From the NCBI GenBank assembly GCA_002633005.1, contig NMRA01000357.1, positions 76,048 to 140,047 of the forward strand: DNA of 64,000 nt, given 5' to 3'. This DNA comes from Phoronis australis. Taxonomy: Eukaryota; Animalia; Phoronida. The translations under genes were made by a program, and so were the position numbers. Below the pieces are notes generated by a model. It was not told the DNA's origin. It saw only the letters and a list, made by a program, of their open reading frames with translations, and did no database searches. Positions 1 to 13,100 of this stretch are shown here, piece by piece (the first letter of the stretch is position 1; each line of letters starts with the position of its first letter).

Positions 1-65
1 GACACTATCAAATTTTTTCACTGATTTGAAAAGGTTAGTCCCTCAAAAGTTTACAAAATGAAAAC

Positions 66-158
66 AAATGTGTAACTGTTGTTCATTGGTCAACCTTAAA
101 TGTGTAACTGTTGTTCATTGGTCAACCTTAAATGTGTAACTGTTGTTCACTGGTCAAC
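66..158. repeat. 32-bp tandem repeat, about 3 copies
   Basis: AAATGTGTAACTGTTGTTCATTGGTCAACCTT at 66, 98 and 130. Confidence 0.9.
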
Positions 159-1110
159 TCATATCTCAATGTCATCAAATTAATATGTACGGCATGACAG
201 ACTAAAAGCTTTGCTTGGGAATTTCGACCGTTCCACATACGTGTCTGGCTACATTGGACACACTGCCACAATGAAATTGCATTATGTTATTTTACTCAAC
301 CAAGTTTTAACTTGTAGTCTTTTCTCAGATTTTTGGGTGTAAGACAATATAAATATTTGCTGCAAGCATTCCACGTTAAAGGAAGACCTATATGCAAATC
401 CAGTCTATACAAAGGATACAAGGATTTCTCTTGTCTATCACGGTGTGGTCCAGAAGAAGAGGTATACCGTTTAACTGACGAACCTGAATTGTAATAGTAA
501 AACATAATAGAAATATATTATTAACTTATTAATAATTAAACATCTAATCAAAATAGAAATATATCCTAAGACCTTGGACAACACGCGATAGATTCAACAC
601 AGGAATATTATCTTTGGGAAGTTAAAAGCTCAAACTGGAGTTATAACAAAAAAAAATAAATTCACTTGACAGGCGAGTCTTCTCACCCGAAGTTAATCAC
701 ACTGAAAACTTGTTTGGAATATCCTGCTCTTTACACCCTAAACATGACACGGCTAGTTTACAGGCCAAGCTGATTTCAGTTTTGTTGGCTTTTTAGCAAA
801 TGGCATTGGCAGCAATAGGAACTGAGAGATGACTTGTGCCTGATATCAAGCAGGTCAATTTTCACAACTTTTTACTAGCTACTAGTGCCCAGTATGGTGT
901 TAGTGGAGACATCGATTTCAATCATGGAATTGAAAAAGCATTACCTTATTTTTTTGTGGTTGACCAATTCCATTTATACTCTACATTTTAGATGATTAGA
1001 CGGGAATAGCACTTTGAGTCAAACTATTTCCAATTCCACTAACATAAATATCAGTTCAAATGAAGCAAGCAGTCTTTCATTCTACGATAATCTCAAATGC
1101 AACTACTGAC

Positions 1111-4100
1111 CATGTCCTGATTAGCCCGGTGTCTGAAGACAGCGTTTCCGATAAGTCTCACTAGCTGGCGCTTCAAGGCGTAAGATGGATGAGACTGATC
1201 AAGTGGTTCTTGTGATGAGATCTTACTAAGTGATGTGAACATGTTATCCCCTGTTTTTCCTATCATGTGCATTGCCTGTAGTAAATCTGTTCAAGAGAAG
1301 GAAAGACTGGTTACAAACTATAACAATGGGATGCTACTGTCAACAGTTAAAATATATTAATTCCTCTAAACATACGGAATTATTAATAATATAAGCATAA
1401 ATGCCATTACCGCTCAGCAAATAGTAACATAAGCCACTACAAACAGATGGCCAACCTGTTAATTAATCTCAATTAGCAATACGTTTGTTGTTTTGAGATA
1501 TCTACCCTGCCTCAATGTGAAAACAATTCAGCACTCAAAAAAGGTAGTTTGGAACTGGTAACGATTGAGACGTCTCTTGATGACTGAATTCTAGCTCCTG
1601 TCCAATAATTGGCAAATGTAACAAAGAATGACATTGTTTCCCTTTAAGAAATACATGTCATAAAGACTCACTGACAACGTTTCCCTTTGAGAAATACATG
1701 TCATAAAGACTCACTGACAATGTTTCCCTTTGAGAAATACATGTCATAAAGACTCACTGACAATGTTTCCCTTTGAGAAATACATGTCATAAAGACTCAC
1801 TGACAATGTTTCCCTTTGAGAAATACATGTCATAAAGACTCACTGACAACGTTTCCCTTTGAGAAATACATGTCATAAAGACTCACTGACAATGTTTCCC
1901 TTTGAGAAATACATGTCATAAAGACTCACTGACAATGTTTCCCTTTGAGAAATACATGTCATAAAGACTCACTGACAATGTTTCCCTTTGAGAAATACAT
2001 GTCATAAAGACTCACTGACAACGTTTCCCTTTGAGAAATACATGTCATAAAGACTCACTGACAACGTTTCCCTTTGAGAAATACATGTCATAAAGACTCA
2101 CTGACAACGTTTCCCTTTGAGAAATACATGTCATAAAGACTCACTGACAATGTTTCCCTTTGAGAAATACATGTCATAAAGACTCACTGACAATGTTTCC
2201 CTTTGAGAAATACATGTCATAAAGACTCACTGACAACGTTTCCCTTTGAGAAATACATGTCATAAAGACTCACTGACAATGTTTCCCTTTGAGAACTACA
2301 TGTCATAAAGACTCACTGACAACGTTTCCCTTTGAGAAATACATGTCATAAAGACTCACTGACAATGTTTCCCTTTGAGAAATACATGTCATAAAGACTC
2401 ACTGACAACGTTTCCCTTTGAGAAATACGTGTCATAAAGAAGCAAGCCAAGTGGAATTCAGAAACTTGTACTAAAACAGTGCAAAGCATAGTCTTTCAAA
2501 AATACTAGGTTAGCATGTTAAGGGCCCATTTACTGAATAAAGTCTCCAACAAGATTGCACATGCAGAATTTTGTCAGAATATTTATGGAATTATCAGGCT
2601 TCAGTTTTAGGACAGTGGATGAATTACTTATTTCCCAAAAATGTCCGTATATGTTCAAACTGAAAACTGTGCAAAGTCGTGAGAAGAAAGCACCTTGAAC
2701 AAATTTCCTAGTTTTCAAATTTGCCAGAAACACATGCATTGGTCCATGTGGGGAACATACAAGAAAGCCAGCCAGTAAATCCATCACAGATCCATAATGC
2801 AGGATACCCTGGTTATTCAGAATGATTCAAAAGTTTGAATAACACATTCTCACGTGTGTACGGAAATGTGTGGCCGGGCAATTTGCACAGAAAATGTAGT
2901 GATTTATCTTAATAGACTAGATTGTTGAAGAGCAGATGGAGGAGAGCTTGAGGGGAACTCCACCATCCCTAATGTGAAAACACCACCCCCAATGTGAAAA
3001 CACCAGTTTTATCCAAGTTCATTAGAAACAGATACTTACTGATGGTCACTTTGACTAACTCTTCATTATTCTGAAGCTCACTGTAAAGATGGTGAAGTGC
3101 CGTGGCAGAACATAAGACATCTAGAATCTTGACAAATACAACTGGCTCCTGTAAATAAAACAAAGCACACAGTATTTTTGACCGATTAGAAGAATGTAAC
3201 AAAAACAGAGTAAAGGAAAAACACCGTTTCAGAACTCAGTAACTTCTTTCTGTTACTTTTGTCCAGAGAGCAGGAGACATTTTATCCAGTAACTTATGTT
3301 TCATAAGAAAACTAAGTACAAAGGTCTGTTATTAAACTTACCAGGGACACACATCTATTCTATAATCACATCTCCACAAACAAGAGCAACGCAGAGCGTT
3401 GGAATGCGCCCACGAATGCATTGCAAATGGTGTGCTTTTAGGGTTATTTATTTGTATCATAAAAATGACCACTAGATGGCGCAAAAACGGTACAATCCAT
3501 CCAAAAACGGGAGCATGCCATATTTCTTAACAAGAGCAACGCAGAACGTTGAAATGCGCCCACGAATGCACCGCAAACGGTGTGCTTCTAGGGTTGTTTT
3601 TTGTTTCATAAAAATAGCCACTACATGGCGCAAAAACATCCAACCTAAAAAACTAAAATTGCTACTAGGGGGCACACTGGTAGTCAGATCCGTTCGAAAG
3701 CTGTTGTCATCCGTTGTGAACATAATATAAATACACTTGCTAAATTTAGCAAAGATCGTGCAAATGGTTTAGGATATAAGCCATGGGCGCAAAAAAAATG
3801 GCACTAGGAGGCACCACAATAGTTGAAGTCGTAGGAAAATCATGGTCAGCTTCGTAGTAAGAATATACATGACAATTTTCAGTCATCCTTAAAACCGTTT
3901 GGTTGATAGAGGGGTGGACGCTAAAAAACAGTAAAAATGGCCACTAGGTGGCGCAAACTACATCAAATCCATCCGAAAACGGAATGATAGCATCATCTCA
4001 CTAATAGATGCCTATACGCCTAATTTTATGACAATACGTTGACGACCTTTGAAGATACAGAGGTAAACGTAAAAAATGAAACTGCCACTAGGGGGCACAC

Positions 4101-7100
4101 CGGTAGTCGGATCTGCCCAAATGTTCACTCATGCTCTCCTATTCAAAGAAGGAACATATGTGCAAAATTTCATGAACATACATCAAGGCGTTTTGGAGAT
4201 AGAGCAGCGGACGCCTGACGGAGATTACGGCATAATGCATCCACATATAAATATGTGGGCCCATAAAAATGAACAATAGCTTGCTTTGAATAAACTTATA
4301 AATACGTACACAAATCATGTTGTGTGATTGATTAGAGTTTTAAGTTTGAGTCAGAGTTGAGTTCCATGATTATCCTAGGCTCTAATGTGTGTTCACTAAA
4401 GATAAAAGAGAGCTATGATTAGTCCCTGGGCCACGACTGAAGACTAGAGTGCACAAAAGCTTTCAGGTGAGAAACACACATTTCACGCAATATCGTAATA
4501 ACCTACTTCTCAGTGTGGAAACATTTTACAGGTTCCTTTACTTACTACCTAAATTTAGTGAACCTATTTTTAATGCTCAAAATACACAGCGGACTTTGTC
4601 CATCGCTCCTTTGGCCAAATTTACTGCCATGACCTTAATTTCTTCGAGTTTGAATTCAATGAATTTAATGAACAAATTGCAGACATTTGTTGACTGGACC
4701 CCTTGAACTCTCATTTCTTACTAGGCCACTGTATCCTTCAGAAGTGTGTAGTATCACACGGCCAGATGTGTTGAACTCGTCCACTAATACTGCCACACTG
4801 TCAACACTGACTGTCATGTGACCCTGTCGCTCCGCCTCTGCCAGAGATTCCAACAGGACATCAAGGAGAATCAGTCTAGAACATAATGGATGACTTTAAA
4901 TCTACTAGGTGCCACAATGGTTTCACATGTAGAGATGCATGCATTCAAGTAGGCACACACAGCACACACCATGGAGATTCAAGTAGAGACAACACACACA
5001 CCACGGACATTCAAGTAGAGACAACACACACACCACGGACATTCAAATAGAGACAACACACACACCACGGACATTCAAGTAGAGACAACACACACACCAC
5101 GGACATTCAAGTAGAGACAACACACACACCACGGACATTCAAGTAAAGACAACACACACATCACGGACATTCAAGTAGAGACAACACACACACCATGGAC
5201 ATTCAAGTAGAGACAGACAGCACACGCACCACGGACAAACCCATGATTATGAACTGCTTTCTGATCGCAATCTATAAAAGTGTTTTAAAAGTTATGTAGG
5301 AAGCTAGAAAAAATGTCCAGATTTATCTGACCTTGGTACACCATAACTAAAAAATGACTGATTGGAATCAAATGAAGCTTTCAATTACGGTCATGCTTTA
5401 TGCGCATTTCTCCAAAATGCTGTTAGGAAATGGTAGTGAGGGTTATCAAAATAGGTATTTTTATTAGGATTTTCATAAAACGACAACAAAATAAAATGAC
5501 AGTTGAGAGTTTTCTTTTTGAACAGTAGTATAAAAATTTGACCGTTATACTGACGCTATTGTCTCGTTAGTAACAAATCTCCTGTTTTAGAATGATGTAC
5601 AAGTTTTAGACTGAACAAAATTGTCGGGGAAAGGCAGAAAGGATCATCTATACTACGCTTGAGCAATGACCTGCATACGGGTTCTTTGTCTCTGCTACTC
5701 CAGCTATTTGTAAACCTGCGCATGTGTGTTCCACTCTCCATCCTAAAACTTATGTCTTGCCACAGTTAGTGAGTTGTGTATGTAAACAGTTGCGTCGGAT
5801 CAANCATAAGAAAACTAAGTACAAAGGTCTGTTATTAAACTTACCAGGGACACACATCTATTCTATAATCACATCTCTACAAACAAGAGCAACGCAGAGC
5901 GTTGGAATGCACCCACGAATGCATTGCAAATGGTGTGCTTTTAGGGTTATTTATTTGTAACATAAAAATGACCACTAGATGGCGCAAAAACGGTACAATC
6001 CATCCAAAAACGGGAACATGCCATATTTCTTAACAAGAGCAACGCAGAGCGTTGAAATGCGCCCACGAATGCACCGCAAACGGTGTGCTTCTAGGGTTGT
6101 TTTTTTTGTTTCATAAAAATAGCCACTACATGGCGCAAAACAAAAACATCCAACTTAAAAAACTAAAATTGCTACTAGGGGGCACACTGGTAGTCAGATC
6201 CGTTCGAAAGCTGTTGTCATCCGTTGTGAACATAATATAAATACACTTGCTAAATTTAGCAAAGATCCTGCAAATGGTTTAGGATATAAAGCCATGGGCG
6301 CAAAAAAAATGGCACTAGGAGGCACCACAATAGTTGAAGTTGTCGGAAAATCATGGTCAGCTTCATAGTAAGAATATACATGACAATTTTCAGTCATCCT
6401 TAAAACCATTTGGTTGATAGAGGGGTGGACGCTAAAAAACAGTAAAAATGGCCACTAGGTGGTGCAAACTACATCAAATCCATCCGAAAATGGAATAATA
6501 GCGTCAACTCACTAATAGATGCCTATACGCCTAATTTTATGACAATACGTTGACGACTTTTGAAGATACAGAGGTAAACGTAAAAAATGAAACTGCCACT
6601 AGGGGGCACACCAGTAGTCGGATCTGCCCAAAAGTTCACTCATGCTGTCCCATTCAAAGAAGGAACATTGTGCAAAATTTCATGAACATACATCAAGGTG
6701 TTTTGGAGACAGAGCAGCGGACACCTGACGGAGATTACGGCATAATGCGTCCACATATAAATATGTGGGCACATAAAACTGAACAATGGCTTGCTTTGAA
6801 TAAACTTATAAATACGTACACAAATCATGTTGTGTGATTGCTTAGAGTTTTAAGTTTGAGTCGGAGTTGAGTTCCATGATTATCCTAGGCCCTAATGTGT
6901 GTTCACTAAAGATAAAAGAGAGCTATGATTAGTCCCTGGGCCCCGACTGAAGACTAGATTGCACAAAAGCTTTCAGGTGAGAAATACACATTTCATGCAA
7001 TATCGTAATAACCTACTTTTCAGTGTGGAAACATTTTACAGGTTCCTTTACTTACTACCTAAATTTAGTGAACCTATTTTTAATGCTCACAATACACAGC

Positions 7101-10100
7101 GGACTTTGTCCATCGCTCGGTTGGCCAAATTTACTGCCATGACCTTAATTTCTTCGAGTTTGAATTCAATGAATTTAATGAACAAATTGCAGACATTTGT
7201 TGACTGGACCCCTTGAACTCTCATTTCTTACTAGGCCACTGTATCCTTCAGAAGTGTGTAGTATCACACGGCCAGATGTGTTGAACTCGTCCACTAATAC
7301 TGCCACACTGTCAACACTGACTGTCATGTGACCCTGTCGCTCCGCCTCTGCCAGAGATTCCAACAGGACATCAAGGAGAATCAGTCTAGAACATAATGGA
7401 TGACTTTAAATCTACTAGGTGCCACAATGGTTACACCTGTACTGATGCATGCATTCAAGTAGGCACACACAGCACACACCATGGAGATTCAAGTAGAGAC
7501 AACACACACACCACGGACATTCAAGTAGAGACAATACACACACCACGGACATTCAAGTAGAGACAACACACACACCACGGACATTCAAATAGAGACAACA
7601 CACACACCACGGACATTCAAGTAGAGACAACACACACACCACGGACATTCAAGTAGAGACAACACACACACCACGGACATTCAAGTAAAGACAACACACA
7701 CATCACGGACATTCAAGTAGAGACAACACACACACCATGGACATTCAAGTAGAGACAGACAGCACACGCACCACGGACAAACCCATGATTATGAACTGCT
7801 TTCTGATCGCAATCTATAAAAGTGTTTTAAAAGTTATGTAGGAAGCTAGAAAAAATGTCCAGATTTATCTGACCTTGGTACACCATAACTAAAAAATGAC
7901 TGATTGGAATCAAATGAAGCTTTCAATTACGGTCATGCTTTATGCGCATTTCTCCAAAATGCTGTTAGGAAATGGTAGTGAGGGTTATCAAAATAGGTAT
8001 TTTTATTAGGATTTTCATAAAACGGCAACAAAATAAAATGACAGTTGAGAGTTTTCTTTTTGAACAGTAGTATAAAAATTTGACCGTTATACTGACGCTA
8101 TTGTCTCGTTAGTAACAAATCTCCTGTTTTAGAATGATGTACAAGTTTTAGACTGAACAAAATTGTCGGGGAAAGGCAGAAAGGATCATCTATACTACGC
8201 TTGAGCAATGACCTGCATACGGGTTCTTTGTCTCTGCTACTCCAGCTATTTGTAAACCTGCGCATGTGTGTTCCACTCTCCATCCTAAAACTTATGTCTT
8301 GCCACAGTTAGTGAGTTGTGTATGTAAACAGTTGCGTCGGATCAAAAGTTGATGTCTAAACGGGACTAGATGTGAAATTGCGTCAGTTTAAAACTTTGAT
8401 AAAAATTGCATTTACCGTAAACAAGGCAAAAATAATGATGATACATAATATAAAATGTATAATACCAAACCTATTGCTCACCTCTTGGCATGATCAAGCA
8501 ATTTCCAGATTAGCCTCAAAAATCCATCGTGTTGTAGCAAATCCTGTATGACAAACAATCTGAAAAATGAAGCACATAAAGTACACATTTCAGTCAATCA
8601 CTGTTGAGAACTAACTCTAACTCTAACCCCATCACAAGAGACACCTGGCTGTAGAGATGAACACTAGGATCAGGGGTTCAGTATTTATTGTAAGTTTCTT
8701 GGTATTTACATAATTATTTTAATATGTATATAAGATTTAACATTAAAATACTAAATCTTATTCATCCAATGCTTCACAGAGCTGAAATTTTATCAATCAT
8801 TTATTGAAACTTGAACATTGCACAACACAAAACAAGAGCAACACAGATGCACCCACCAAGTGGAACGCACTGAGGGCACAGTGGCAGTCAGGTACATTCA
8901 AATGTTGTCATCTGTTGTCAGATTCATAAAAATACACTTGCCAAATTTCGCATGCTAATGCGAAGAAAAACACAAGGGGGCACTACAGTAGTAAAACTGT
9001 CCAAAAATTGCTAATAACGCTCTACCCTCTAGGAACACATTTACCAATTTTCTTAGCAATTCTTAGAGTACTTTGGCCAACAGATAAATGGATGCCAAAA
9101 ACAGACTAAAACACAATAAAAACGTCCACTAGGAAGTGTACACTACATAAAATCCATCTGAAAATGAAAAAGCATCATTGCCTAATTAATAGAATTACAA
9201 ACCTATTTGCCACATTTCATAAAAATCTACCAAGGAAGTCCAAAGATACACTGGAAAAGGACAAAAATAAAACTGCCACAAGGGGGCACAGCGGGAACTG
9301 GATCCATCCAAACATCATCGCCACCTGTTGTCACTTTCATACAAAATACTTGCCAAATTTAATGATTCTACAGAGGGGTCAGGATACAACCAAAACAAAA
9401 CTGATGCTAGGACATGCCACAGTAGTCAGCACCACCCAAAAACTAACGTCATGTGTTGTCTTCTCAGTAAGGATATGATGTCAATTTTCATGATCATCGG
9501 ATGAGTGGTTTGGCCAACAGAGGTGGACGCCAAAAACAGACTCAAAAATAACAAAAATGGCCACTAGATGGTGTGCACTATGTAAAATTCACCTGAAAAC
9601 AGGAAGATGTCCATCCAGGAACTCCAAAGATACAGAAGAAAACGGAAAAATAAAAATTGTCACCAGAGGGCACAGCGGTTGTTGGATGCATCTGAAAATC
9701 ATCGCCACCTGTTGTCACCTTCATATAAATAAACTTGCCAAATTTTAAAAATGATCCTCCAGAGGGTTTAAGAGATACAGCCATGGACACAAAAAAACTG
9801 CAATCAGGAGAAGCCACTGCAGTCGCAGACGTTACAAAATCATCGTCAGCCATACTCTTAGCAGTAGCCACATGTCTGTCAATTTCCATTATGGCCACTA
9901 GGTGGTGCAAAATAAGGTGAATTCATTTCAAAATGTGAGGGTGGCGTCATCTTCCTAATAGAAACCTATTTACCAAATTAATGAAAATCCGTTTAGGAAC
10001 AAAGAAGATATAGAGACAAACATAAAAAATTGAAAATACAACTAGGGGGTACACCAGAAGTCAGATCCGAAAATTCGCTCATGCCATCCCATCCATGAGC

Positions 10101-13100
10101 GGAACATATGTGCAAAAACTTTCAGAAACATGTATCAAGGAGTTTTGGAGATACAGCAGCATACGCCGGACGGATGCTCGATGGACGTCAGAGGGACGCA
10201 ATTTTTGGTACATGCCCGTTGGCACCTTGTCAATATCACTGATCCCTCTGGAGGCAATAATAAGCATATAAACATGTGGCCCCATAAAAAGGATTAACAA
10301 ACACATTTCGACTTATATAAATAATTTGTAAGTTGCATATTTTTCAGAAATTTTAGTGGTTATCCCCAGGATGACATCTGTTCATAACTGTTCAAGGGAC
10401 CTGGTCCTATGACTGACTCTACAGGTAATGTGTCATTTGTATATATATAATCCATTTGGTACCAGCTACAACAGAGTCATATGTCATGCCAAACACCTGA
10501 TAGTCTACCTACATTATTCTAATACATATGTGCACCTAGCGCCATCTATTGTTAGTGATGTATGTGCACATAATTTAAGCAACTATGAAATCTATGTCAC
10601 AAGCAGTCTTGAATAACAACCCACACTACAAAAGAGCACGGCATTCTGGATGAATGATAACACCTAGCGCCATCTATTGTTAGTGATGCAACACACTAAA
10701 ACTGACAAAGAATTACAAAGGTTCAGATCATACACATACCCCCATTCAATATCATGTCGCCTCATTACGTCTAGTATATCAACTACAATTTCTGGTAGTT
10801 CCTCCAGCACTTGCTGTCGTGTGGTTGCGCTGCTCATCATTCCGTTCTTGATTAACATACACGTGTAGTTGGTGAGCTTGACATCATTGATGGAGACAAG
10901 TTGCCTGTTACACAAAGGAAATATCTCTAATGATGCTTCATGCCATGAAACACAATGCTACTTAAATTTACAGTCAACCAATCAACATGAGACTGACAGA
11001 ACAAATTTCTGGTTAGTCTAATTGACAACTGTCATAACAATTGCAAACTGACAAGAGTGCAGAACACTAAATATTGTTCAAAACCAAATTGTGATATACT
11101 TTTGATCTAGTTTGCAACTATTCTTTTCAAACCCATGTACAACACCACAATAAAAAACGTTTCAATCAACTGTAAAACACATTTAGACTTTTTGAAACTG
11201 TAAGTTGTCTTTTCCTAATTTTATTTAATGTGAGAATTTCAAGTGGTAACTTCACGAGTGATCATGCCCGACCTGACACTAGTGATCACTAGAAGATGAG
11301 GGAAAAATTTCTGAATCACTTTGTTTAAAATACCTCACATCTAATTACAACCAGCATGAAAAGGTCTTGTCAAAGTCAAACCTATTGCCACGTGGCAATA
11401 GCTGTCACCGGTGCCACCATCCAGCAAACCTCACGCACATATTTTGTAACCTCAAATTTCCTCTCTGAAGTGATCGGTACATGATCGTGTATACTTCAGT
11501 CACAGAACAAATCATGTGACTATCAAACTGAACAATTATTAGCTGTATGACTGAAGTTTGCACATGCGCAAATAAAATTCACTTGTGAAGACTTACAAAA
11601 ATACCCAAGGTGTTCTGGTTATGGTCCCATGTGATCAACCAACACTGCATGCTGAAAGTTTGTATTGGTTCAGAGACTAGTTTCATCATAGCTTGAATGA
11701 AGGGTCAACTACTATGAAGTGGATTATGCCAGTCACTTTGGCATAGTACAAAGTACTGCATTGTAGTCTGCTTACGGTACCTCAGATATGATTTTGTTTC
11801 TTCCCAGACAAGCTTTGCATTCTCCAAATGATTTGTAACTAGGTTGCCCAGAAACTGAACTCCACAGTGACAGGCTAAAAGTAGAAATAGACGAATCTGA
11901 GACAGAGAAATAATCAGGTTGAATTCATGTTCCATCATATCTTTCCAAGTGCAAGAAAGTAGAAAATTTCCGGGACATTAATGAATGATTAATAAAAGAA
12001 TGCAATGAAAACTTTGTCCACTAAATGAATATTTGTTTGTGAAACTTTTAAATGCTGTGTTCTCACCACCTTTGGAAAAAAGTGCACAATGCCAATTTTT
12101 ATCAGCTATGTATTAATTTTAAAAGGATATCAACTAATTGTGTTTGATTATGTGGCTTCGTACTCTCATTTCAGAGACCACTGCCTGGTTGCGTGAAACA
12201 GTCCCAAATGGGATCTCAACTATGGTCTGTAAGTCTTTTTGTGAATTTGTGTCTTCAAGGACTTATAGATGCAATATTTGTCTACCATTTCATTTTCATT
12301 ATGAATTCCTCTTTGATTAAGAACATTTTATAATAATATAACTAAAATCTTAGCCCTGACTTCCTTGAAAGTAAATAGGGACTCAGTCCTTAAATTGGGG
12401 GTGTTGCATGAAAGGATCCCTAATTGTTTTTGAAAATATTGACAACTTAACGTAGAGTTCACTCTTGATTTGTATCAAAGTCAAAAGTTGACTTAGTAAT
12501 GGAACTAAAGCAATACAAGAAAGGGCAATCGATGTTTTCACAAGTCCAAAAATACGCAGTAGATTTAGGGAACTTAGTTGAGTCCCTATTTGGGACTGTT
12601 TCATGCAACCGGGCAGAGTATTGCAAATGGATATTCACACACGCATCAACTACAAACTGACCTTGAATGGGTGGCTGCCTAGAACTGCTGCAGGTTTTTT
12701 GTTCAACTTCAAGCAGCAATTTTTTAAATGTGGATGTCACAGCTTTCAAAAGTCCATCATGCCTACAACAATAAATAATGCAATAAAAACTGGAGAAAAT
12801 GAAACAATGCAACAATGTCAGAATACAAATGAGTAAATTTAACTAAAGTGACTGTAAACCCAATTTTCTTCCAACTTTTCATTTAGGCCACTTTATTTGG
12901 CCACTTTATTTAGGCCTTTTTATTTGGGTCATTTTACATAGACTACTTTCCACAGACTATAAATTGATCTCAAAATGTTCCTTACACAGTTGAGAAGTGA
13001 TTTGTCTGTTTGCAAGGAACTGACAGTTGGTTTTTCCTTAAGACTATACTCAATGCATAAAATGACAAGCCATGAAAAGCTGACATTAAAAACCTGACAC

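Larger units (their letters stand above)
3302..8344. repeat. About 2.5 kb tandem duplication (3302-5803 / 5805-8344) joined at a single N
   Basis: Colinear, near-identical copies with scattered SNPs and indels; N at 5804. Confidence 0.93.

Noticed and set aside
1630-2439. CRISPR-like array
   Set aside because: Units are contiguous with no unique spacers, there are no cas genes, and it lies in a eukaryotic intron. The same applies to the other minisatellites.
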